From assembly GCF_006345805.1 (NCBI RefSeq), contig NC_042997.1:58714001-58778000 (forward strand): a stretch of 64,000 nucleotides of DNA. Direction: 5' to 3'. Below the pieces are notes generated by a model. That model did no database searches and was not told the origin of the DNA. It saw only the letters and a list, made by a program, of their open reading frames with translations. Source of the stretch: Octopus sinensis. Lineage: Eukaryota. Shown piece by piece: positions 53,636 to 64,000 of this stretch; the stretch's first letter is position 1; each line of letters begins with the position of its first letter. Both the position numbers and the translations under genes were made by a program.

Positions 53636-55576
53636 TTTCCGAAGCCCATCATGTATGTGTGCGTAAGAATGTGTGTGTATGTGTGTGTGTGTGTGTGCTG
53701 CATGTCAGTATAAATACCATGTCGCATAACTCTAAACTATTTCATACTGGGAAGTTGGTGTCATATTCGGAATGCCGTAATACATTTATGCATACATTTT
53801 AGATGTAACGCAGGGAAACGATGTTAATTTAAGTGGAATGACTTGAGATGAAGTTCTGAATGAAAATTTCAATATGATAGTCGACTGCATCACTAAGAGC
53901 CTCGTTACTTGATAGGTTAATAAATATGTCATCATACCTAAATACAACGCCATAAATTTACAGAGGTAAGAATAAAGCTTTATGACTTTCATTTCTTATT
54001 TCTATATAAATTAGATTGCCATTCTTTCAACTAGAAATCAATCTGCCGCCGGCATATACCTCTTACGCTTCTATTCTCGCTACATTGATATAAAGTATCT
54101 TTGAAATTTTACGTTTCATAAATTCTATTTCGGATTTGATGCATGAATTTATGATTTTGGGGGCAGGGTCACATTATATGAAAAATAACATTGGTCTTCG
54201 ATTTTGCCCCTTAATTTACGTTATTGATACTGTCAAAATCGAACTTATTTCTTGATGTTGAAAATTTCGCTATGATTTTGTTCCAAGTTGAGAGCTACAA
54301 AGTGGAAAACTCGAACGCACAAACGCCATGGCAGCAAACTAACAATGTAGACAGTAATTGTTTCCAATTCAGGTACAAGGCCAGCAGTTTTGACGAAAGG
54401 AGTTTGTCCGATTAAATTGACTTCGATTGTCTAAAACGTTGACCATGGTCGGATTTGAACCCGACTCATAAAGAGATGGAACAAATATTGCACGGATTTT
54501 TTTCCCTTATGCTCTAACGTTTTTGTCAATCTAACCACCTAACCACCTTATACTATGCATAAAGAGTGAAGAGGTTAACTGATTCCATCGACCTAAGTAT
54601 TTAACTAGCACTTCATTTCATCGACCCTGGAAGAATGAAGGACAAAGTTAGTCTCGGCACGATTTGAACTCGGGACGTAAAGTGATGTAACAAACACTGC
54701 AAGGTACTTTTTCCAACGCTTTAATGATTCTGCCAGCTCACCTCCTCAGTAGTATAAATAATAATGAGACATGATTAATGACGCTACTAGAATGTCGATA
54801 GGTCTTATTAATTCAGAATAACGCTAATCTGAAGCAACTTTCTTTTCTCTTAATCACTTGTCCAAATCTCTGCTTCCTAACTAAAATTATACGTGTAATA
54901 CAACTAAATGAACAGAGAAAATTTGAAGATAATCAGCTTAAGTGGATATTTAAAAGACAGTTGAGTGATGTACTATTTTATAAATTTATGAAATGGAATA
55001 TTTAGTGGAATTGGAGTGGGAATTTAATCGAAATGACAGATAATTGCTTTCTGGGCAAATTTATAACATATTTTGTCTTTAGTTGTATTTTCTGTTTCAT
55101 CTCCAATAAAAGTAATCAATATTTATATTGTGCAGTCAGGAAATGACTTGGAGAAATACAGCTGTTAGAATATAAGAGAACGAATGGTTTAGAAGAGTTT
55201 TTTCTTAAACAAGGCTGTTGTATGCGTCTACATTATGGAGTTGGTGCCTTAAACTTAGAGGATCAACTTACATAACTAGGGTGCCAAATATTCAGCCATT
55301 CAGACATCAAGAATATTATTTCGGATGTAATATTAAGTCATCGAATACTTGTAATATATCCCAAATTCTAAAGCAGTTCTTAAAATATGGTCCTTGTTTT
55401 AAAGATAACAGGATGTGTGTATGTGTGGTACATGGTCAGGTCGACTAAGCAGAAGCTCCTCGCAGAATCATTTTAACAAGGGTGAGGCTAGATATTTATA
55501 TATTCCAAGCGCATCTCTTTTAAGCATTTATCATAATATTTCGAGGCTGACCAAAGCCTTGTTAGTAGATTTAGTA

Positions 55577-55684
<108 letters not shown>

Positions 55685-55757
55685 AGAGTTAACAGAGGCG
55701 ATCGAGAGAGTTTCGATATAGAAAACACTTTGTAGCTCTCAAATGATTTGAACTTAC

Positions 55758-55813
55758 ACTCCGATAACTTCATCGGGGACCAAGTAAGCAGGGTAAAGAG
55801 CTGTAAGCGGAAT
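55758..55813 (-). CDS. Candidate exon with two alternative acceptors (55813 or 55800)
   Basis: Donor GTAAGT. Acceptor CTCACTTAG gives IPLTALYPAYLVPDEVIGV (56 nt, phase 0 to 2). Acceptor CGCTTACAG gives LFTLLTWSPMKLSE (43 nt, phase 0 to 1). Confidence 0.35.
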
Positions 55814-56591
55814 CTAAGTGAGCAGATACGGAGACAATGATTCAAATAAGCAGATAAAACCTTGGGTTTTAATGTACAAAATATATATACATGTATACAT
55901 GTAAAAAGAGAAGGCAGACTCAAAATTTTCAGATGATAATGAGCAAACTTACTCAGATTACATATATTCAAAGAATTAGAGGGGAGAAGGCGTTACGAGT
56001 CAGACAACTGTTTCTGCGGTTTCGGATTTACTTCATAATGTTGGAAGATGTAGTTGATCAAAAATTTGCATTCAGTAATCGAATAGAGAGGTGTCTAACG
56101 GTTAGACTCACTCTCTCTCCCCATATATGTGTGTGTGCGTGTGTGTGTAGGTGTGTATGTGTGTGTGTGTTTGTGTGTGTGCGCTAGTTTACGCCCCCGT
56201 AATCTAACGGTTTGTCAAAAGAAGCCGATGGAATAAGTAGCAGGCTTTAAAATAATCACTGAGATTGATTCTTTCGGCTAAATCCCTTCAGTGCGGTACC
56301 CCAGTATGTCTGCAGTTCAATGAAACAAAAGATAAAAGTTAAAAGACTGTATATAAAAGACTCCAACATTGATAGACAGTGTTCATCTATTTGGTAACTT
56401 TAGTGTAAGTTAATTTCATTTGAGCACAATGTGATCGGGAATATATGTCTGTCATGTATTGTACCTAAAAATTAATTGGCTTGGTATTCAATTTATTGTA
56501 TTATACACGAGTAAGTACGGTATTTGCAGCGGTATTAACTGCTACAATTCATGCATCTACAAATGTTATCCATGTAGCCAACATCCATTAC

Positions 56592-56636
56592 CTTGTCAAT
56601 TCTCAAGTGCATGTCTAGCTGTTCAAATTCTATAGA
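56592..56636 (-). CDS. Candidate 45-nt symmetric exon (SIEFEQLDMHLRIDK)
   Basis: Acceptor ATATTCACATACAG; donor AAG|GTAATG; only frame 0 is open. Confidence 0.4.
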
Positions 56637-57279
56637 CTGTATGTGAATATACAGCCAAAAACACCACTTCGATGGTTACTAACTTGCATACGAACCACTC
56701 TGTCATCTCAAGTATCAAACTAAAATTTTCAGACTGAGTATATATTCTCTAAAAAGTATATCCGTTCTCTCAGCATGCCGAACATATAGAATCGGGTTTT
56801 AAAATTTTCTCTCTAGTTTGCAATATATAATATCTGTATAGACTTAAGCAACATCCATAGAATTTATCACTAAAATAAAGTAACTTCTTTAAAGATATCC
56901 TTATATACTTTTCTGTTTCTACTCAAGTAAAAATTTTAAAACAGGCTAAAGAAACAATAAACAACAACTAAAAATAATAAAATTCGTCTTTACATACTGA
57001 ATAAAAGTGCTAAAATATTTATAATATATTTAATATTCGATTTGTCATCGTGGTATGAATATATAACTAAACCTGGAATCTTAGTTCTAAACCATGAAAG
57101 AAATTTGGAAAAAAAAGGGACAAAATGTTTGAAAAGAGAAATTCTGTAGAAATCATGACAAGATTTTCAATATATGATGATAGTAACAATGGATTAAATT
57201 TCTTTACTTGTGTATCCAAACTTGCAGGCGACATTATCTCCAATTCAGGAATTATTTTGTCTGTCCGTTTTGCATGCTT

Positions 57280-57406
<127 letters not shown>

Positions 57407-57696
57407 AAGGTTGAATGTGGATTCGTCCTTTAATTGGAGGTTTCCAAAAAAAAAACTAATGTTGATTCTTCATACTTTGCTGAGAATTTACAGGAATAAA
57501 TTTGCGAAGATATGCAAATAGTATTTGTATATAATGTATGATGAATTTATGGAATGAAGTTCCATAAATCCCATCAGTTTCGTTAAAAATGAAGGAAACA
57601 AGTTGTTGAAATTTATAACTTTTAATTAAACTTCTAAAAAATTTTAACAACTTGTTTCCTCCATTTTTATCGAAATTGATGAGATTCATCATGCAT

Positions 57697-57746
<50 letters not shown>

Positions 57747-58415
57747 ATATATTATATATATATATACGTACATATATATGGAAAGAAGAAACATATTCCC
57801 ACCTAGGAGAAAATATAAAAGAATTTGCACCTGAATCTAAAAAACGTATAGTCGTTTTTAAATAGATTTATTCACATACCAAAACTAGTTGCGCCAATTT
57901 TGGCTTATCAATGGTACAAGTATATATTTAGAAAAAAGGTGGGATTAGGAGAGTTTAAAATTATAAGGTAAAAATTAGCAAACATGTTTAAGCCATGAAG
58001 TAGTCAAATGTTCACAGAAATTTCAATGAGTTTCACAGGGATAGATAGTAATAATGTAAATGCTCGGCGCAGATCATAACAAATGTACTTTATTGAAAGT
58101 TCAGTCATGTTGAGTTTTAATAAAATCCGTGGAGAACAAAGAGAAAAAGGTGGAGAGAAAGAAAAACAGTTTTTTTTTACAATTTCTGTCGTGGTGCGTG
58201 TAGTTCTTTTTATCAATTTCAGTCTCAGTGAACTGTTCTGTTCATCCTTCACGGATTTCACTAGCTGAACACCAAACCGTTCGCCGGTAGGCTGCGTTTT
58301 GATGCAGTGATGATGACTCTCTCAAAGTGCCGGGTGTTAAAACACCTGAAGTCATAGGCAGGAGAGAAAATTCATCTTGTGTCTCATTCAGGAGTGATGG
58401 GTATCGATTTTTCAT

Positions 58416-58646
58416 GGCGGCGAGCTGGCAGAAACGTTAGCACGCCGGGCGAAATGCGTAGCCGTATTTCGTCTGCCGTTACGTTCTGAGTTCAAATTCC
58501 GCCGAGGTCGACTTTGCCTTTCATCCTTTTGGGGTCGATTAAATAAGTACCAGTTACGCACTGGGGTCGATGTAATCGACTTAATATGTGTGTCTGTCCT
58601 TGTTCGTCCCCTCTGTGTTTAGCCCCTTGTGGGTAATGAAGAAACA
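58416..58646 (+). mobile_element. Full-length SINE family A monomer with 14-bp TSD
   Basis: GGTATCGATTTTTC at 58400-58413 and 58647-58660. Confidence 0.93.
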
Positions 58647-59062
58647 GGTATCGATTTTTCGCCATTTTGTGGCATGACAGAAGTCTAATGATAGAAACAT
58701 AAAAGATAGAAGATGCGCGTGTGTGTGTGCGTGCTCTCGTGCGTGCGTGTGTGTATTCGTGTGCTCATGTGTGTTATAAAAATCAAAAATCAAAACCACG
58801 ACTCTTTTGCATCCTAGTCAATGTTAACTGCAGTAAACATTCTAAATTCTACTAAATACATTCAATACTCTTTTTCTCTTATGCAATTTTAGTTAAAGGA
58901 GGGACACTTTCATAACCTCGCACACACAGAAATGCCCTTTTAGCTATTGAACTGAGGAATACAGTAGATTGAATCGAAATCAGAAAACTAGCTGTATTTA
59001 ATCGAATAAGAGGTTAAACTACATTAAATATAGTTATTTCTCTCTCCCTCCCCCTTTGTCTA

Positions 59063-59115
<53 letters not shown>

Positions 59116-59130
59116 CACAGTTTGACTCAC

Positions 59131-59208
59131 CACTGCATTGCTTGAAGTTTTGTGAGCACAGAAAAGGTCCACCTCATCAGATGTTCGGTGATTATCTCCA
59201 AACATTTG
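59131..59208 (-). CDS. Candidate exon (QMFGDNHRTSDEVDLFCAHKTSSNAV); alternative 171-nt version to 59301
   Basis: Donor GTGAGT. Acceptors AACTTTAG (78 nt, phase 0-0) or ATTTCTTGTAG (171 nt, phase 2-2); both give open frames. Confidence 0.35.
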
Positions 59209-59491
59209 CTAAAGTTCACATGTTCTACGCCATGGAACCTTAAAATAATGTGAAGCTGAGTCAAACTATTATTAATGCCTGTATCTCCAGACAAAATACA
59301 CCTACAAGAAATATTAATTGTTCGAAAATTTTCCGAAGCAAGGATTTGTTGGAAAACCTATATATGACTTTCATGTTGACTAAAATATTTCTTGGTTTCA
59401 CAAATCATGTTTCTAAGATACACGAGAAGATACCCAGCCAGCCAGCCAGCCAGTCAGCCAGCCAGCCACCCAGCCAGCCACCCAGCCAGCC

Positions 59492-59621
<130 letters not shown>

Positions 59622-59751
59622 AGAGACGGAGGGAGAGGGAGACATGTATAAAATACGTATGGTAGAATAAATTTTCCAAAAAGTATACTAACATAATCAT
59701 ATAATGAAGGATGAAAGGGAAAGCATACAAAGAAAGCAAGAATATGAAATC

Positions 59752-59752
59752 A

Positions 59753-59824
<72 letters not shown>

Positions 59825-59850
59825 AAAAAAGAAAGAAAGAAAGAAAGAAG
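59752..59850. repeat. (GAAA)n microsatellite
   Basis: Read directly from the sequence. Confidence 0.97.
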
Positions 59851-60959
59851 GAAAGAAAGATCAGGAGAAAGAAATAATTTAATGGAAACGGAGTAAGAAA
59901 TCGTAAGCAAATTAAAGAAATAAGGAAAGAATGAAAGAAAAAATGAAAGAAATACAAAAGTAGATCAAAGAAGAATAAAAGGAAGGAACGAACGAACGAA
60001 GGGAGGGACGGAGGGAGGAAGGAAGGACGAAAGGAAGGAAGGAAGGAAACATTCAGACAAACAGACAAATGGAAGACAAAGACCAATGCGACGGATTGAA
60101 AAGCAGCACTGAAGCCAAAATGTTGGCAAGCTTTCAAATTAGAAATAATTTGTCATGATTAATACGTGATATACTTCATAACAATTCAAGAATAGGATAA
60201 ATAGCCATGTAATATTTTAGATCTACCGACGTCATATGTGGCTTTTCATAATTAATATCGTCATTTCGCATTGGCTGTTCTAGAAAGAAAAATGTAGAAA
60301 GAAAAATGTACCCCTCCTCCATCACCCCTCCACAATTTCCTGTCACGTGCAATACGATTACACCTACATATCTATTTCTTTACTACCCACAAGGGGCTAA
60401 ACACAGAGATGACAAACAAGGACAGACAAACGGATTAAGTCGATTACATCGACCCCAGTGCGTAACTGGTACTTATTTAATCGACCCCGAAAGGATGAAA
60501 GGCAAAGTCGACCTCGGCGGAATTTGAACTCAGAACGTAACGGCAGACGAAATACTGCTAAGCATTTCGCCCGGCGTGCTAACGTTTCTGCCAGCTCGTA
60601 TCATCACACACGCACCTCCCCTCTACCCATGTCTGTTCAGGGAAATCCCTCATACACATGCACACACCACACCGCGCCCTCCTCTCTTTCTAACTCCTCC
60701 AAAACAACTGCATTTCCACCTGTTCCCTAATCCCATTTCTGTTTTCTTTCAACCACTTTTCTCATTCTTATTTTTCCGATCTTTCATTTTTCTGTCTTTC
60801 TTCTGGTGAAGGACTAGCATCAGGAACATCAAGACGCAGTCCCTTCTTGTTAAGAGTTAAACTAATGTAGTATTTGTTAAAACTTTCCCCGTGTTGTTTA
60901 TTTTTCGTGCTCATTGCCTTCACATATATATCCATATGAATATTAAATTTGTAAACAGC

Positions 60960-61400
60960 CACAGCTATATTCCTTTACAATTGTGGAAGACTTGATGTTC
61001 GGTTTTTCTATAAGACAGTTGCAATGCAAGCTTTTCAAATGGGCTCTAGTTTCACTTGAAAGTCAATTCCTATGTGTTTAAGAGAGCTATCCGAATCTCT
61101 TGTCTCTTTGCTCTGGAATATCAATTGAAAGCCAAATTCTCTTTAGATGAGAGAGCTGGGTCGGTTTTCTACGTTTTCGTTCTGAAGTTTCAGTGACAAG
61201 CCGACCCTCTATGTATGATAGAGCCTGATCAATCTGTTCTGTCTGGCAGAATCAGATTCCTTTATCTTTGCTGAAGCTTATGTGCAGACATTTGGTTGAA
61301 TGTTTTAGACCGATTATTCTTGAATCAGTTTATTGGTTGCATACATTTTCGAGCATCCCATATTCTAGTAGCACAAGTATGGCTCCCCTCGTACCCATTT
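60960..61400 (-). mobile_element. Very degenerate RTE-like LINE 3' ORF fossil
   Basis: Loose match to the KQLL..EL..G.R..G..KR..D.LK region. Many stops. Confidence 0.4.
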
Positions 61401-62999
61401 TAAGATAAAGTAAAAATGTAATGCAACCAAGATCATGTAGATATAAAACAGCAGGGAAAACGTGCTTATTGATTTGCTCCTCCATAATATAACATTAAGT
61501 CGATTCATTGTAAATGACAGTTAGGGTACTAAACTAAAATGTCTTTCATTTGTTTAAAATTATTATTGCTGTAATAATATTGTCGTGTTTAAAATTATCA
61601 TAGCTAAAACATTATTTGTGTTGATATCATACATCAAGTGAATAATTTTTATTATTTTATTCATATCACCATAAGGCGGTGAACTACCAAATTGTTAGGA
61701 GCTTCCAGAAAAAGCTTCTTTGCGATAACCGATCTGGATCTTTTTAAATTCCATGTTGAGATACAACGGATATTAGCTTGACTGCCATCCTTTCAAAGTC
61801 AATAAAATCAAGTATCGGAGCCATTGTTATCCACTATTCCCCTAAAACCATTACCCTATCATACATCAAAACAGTAAACTGATAAAATCGTTAGTGTGTG
61901 TGTGTGTGGGGGGGGGTGATTACCTTGTAATATTTCCTCAGGCTCTTTACGTTCTAAGTTCAAATCTTACCGAGGACAACTTTGCCGTTCGTCGTTTCTA
62001 GGTCTTTTAAATAAGAAACCATTATTTTATCACATTTTTAAGCAGCGAGCTGGCAGAATCGATAGCACACCGGACAAAATGCTTAGTGGCATTTCTTCCG
62101 ACTCATTACAACCTGAATTCAAATGCCGCCGAAGTCAACTTTACCTTTCATCCTTAGGGTTCGATAAAATAAGTACCAGTTGAGTTCTGGGATTTATGTA
62201 CTTGACTAGCCCCACCCACAACATTTCAAATTTTATGCTTATAGTAGTTAGAATTATTTTATCTCACTATGGCAGCTCTCTGCAGTCACTAGATCAGCTA
62301 GAAATAAACGGTCTGATACAACTGCACTCTTCATATTAAATAACACAAAAGCTATCAACAACAATGCAATAATAATTTAACAGCAGCGGAAATATGAACT
62401 ACAAATAAAAATAACACAGAAATTCATTCTAAATTTCTCCCAAAATAATACCTGTAACAAACAACGACACGCGCAACAACGGAAAGAAATCAACAACAAC
62501 AACAAAAGTACAAAAATAATTCAACAAAACACAAAAAGTAATTATTTGATTGCACCCGTTAAATCAAAAGACGTGCTTCATTGAAGCGTATTTAAACAAT
62601 TCTTTTACATTCGTAATAAAATATTCGACAATATGGAGGATCACTTAACACTAATTACACAGGTCTGCGAACTGGAACATTTTGCTTTTTGATGTTACTT
62701 TATGTTACTTTATATATTTTTATGGTGTTAATTCGAAATATCAAAAAAGCTCTTTCCCATTATCTAAGGTTTTCTCACAATTTAAAATATACCATAAAAT
62801 ATACAATAATTTGTAGGTCGGACAAAATGAAACTAATAAAAATTAATGTCACACATTATTTAGCAAAATAAAATACCACAAATGTAATTGAAAGGTGAGT
62901 ACATAGATTTTTACAAGAGTTCCATCCCTTTTTTTAGGTTCAGCACCTCAACATCTGTTCTTTTTCACTTGCAAACTACGCCCGGAACCCTAACGCCTG

Positions 63000-63900
63000 T
63001 GATTATTTGCTCGACATTCACGATGTAACATCCAGTAGTAGTCGGCCATCATATTGACATTCCATCTTCCTAATATCTTGTTTCCATCATGATGACACCT
63101 TTCAATCTATTCCCCACTCACACCCACCAGATTTCCCAGAAAGAAATCCAAATGGGAAGGTAGAAAATTATACATTAATGCTTATTTTGCATTCTAAGGC
63201 CTCGAACTTTGCCAGCATCCTTTCCATTATATCATTGTAGTTTAGATCCTTGTGATTACCCAAGACACATTTTTCAAAACTAAACCATATATCTTTTTTT
63301 GAGAACCACTAAGAAAGTTTTCAAAATTTTCATCCATGACGAGTTACCTTATATCTGGTCCTATAAGTCCTATAAATACATCCTCTTCAACTTTGGAGTG
63401 TTATAGAGCTGGAAACATGCTGTGCAAATACTCGAAACTTTTTCCATTCTGTTTCAAAGCTTTTAGAATTACTTCATGCGGCCAGTCTTATATGTTTTCG
63501 GATCAGCCAAACATCCTCGAAGGAAATTCTTTGTTCTTGGTGTAAGCGTACCCTTACATGGCCATTCTTTTTTAGATCAACGGAAGTTCTTGTCTCTATT
63601 ATCCCACTCATACAAGAAACAAGGAAACTTTCTGTAACCTGACTGCTGTCCAAGCAACATGCAAATTATTTTCAAGTTGCTGCAGATCATCAACTTGTGT
63701 TCTTTGAATTTAATCTCGTGTTAAAGTGACTCCAAGTTTTCATGTTTCCATCACTGAAAGCCAACAGAAATGGAAGTATATTTATACCATTATGCAGTGG
63801 AACAGCTTCAAGATTTCTCTTTCAAGAGTCAATAAAGAGTCTCTATTAATCAGAGCCGTAATTAATACCAAACTTTCGTATTAATCCTGATGGATATGTA
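63000..63900 (-). mobile_element. DDE DNA-transposase fossil, probably CMC/Chapaev3-like
   Basis: RLFIDS*KRNLEAVPLHNG; LLGQQSGY.KFPCFLYEWD; VLGNHKDLNY; SHLDFFLGNLVGVSGE*IERCHHD; METRY*GRWNVNMMADYYW. The superfamily name is from memory. Confidence 0.75.
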
Positions 63901-64000
63901 TAATAAATCAAATTTTATTAAGCGAAATAAGGAACAAATTCTTTTTCATGGTTACGATACCAATTGAATGATGCACGAGGAGCTAAAAGATTCATGGATT

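Noticed and set aside
55271-55366. 96-nt minus-strand exon candidate (TAG acceptor, GTAAGT donor)
   Set aside because: All three frames contain a stop; it would need a sequencing error or be terminal or non-coding.

Overview
AT-rich, microsatellite-dense eukaryotic DNA. The SINE families match my recollection of octopus repeats, so this is probably an Octopus genome; I could not confirm that with a search. No complete, recognisable host gene is present, and nearly all ORF-track entries are microsatellite artefacts or transposon debris. The window holds: many tRNA-derived SINEs (monomers and multimers); RLE-type LINE fragments (R4/Dong-like and a second family), mostly anchored in (AAT)n; fossils of RTE, L1/Tx1 and Penelope-like elements (PLE); and Tc1/mariner, hAT and Chapaev-like transposase relics. 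The most striking signal is three unrelated type I hammerhead-ribozyme folds, each with a self-complementary stem III. One is at 542-586 inside a 358-bp-period partial tandem repeat. One is at 10242-10287 in an element with a tRNA-like Pol III head and an inverted tail copy. One pair sits in a 390-bp palindrome at 36421-36810, with an intact hammerhead on each strand. These look like non-autonomous PLE-dependent 'retrozyme' elements. Also notable are a 557-nt non-coding (AAT)n-anchored retroposon, a mariner derivative with two left ends inserted in a Tx1 LINE, and a phase-compatible set of candidate small exons on the minus strand. All family assignments come from manual translation and remembered motifs.
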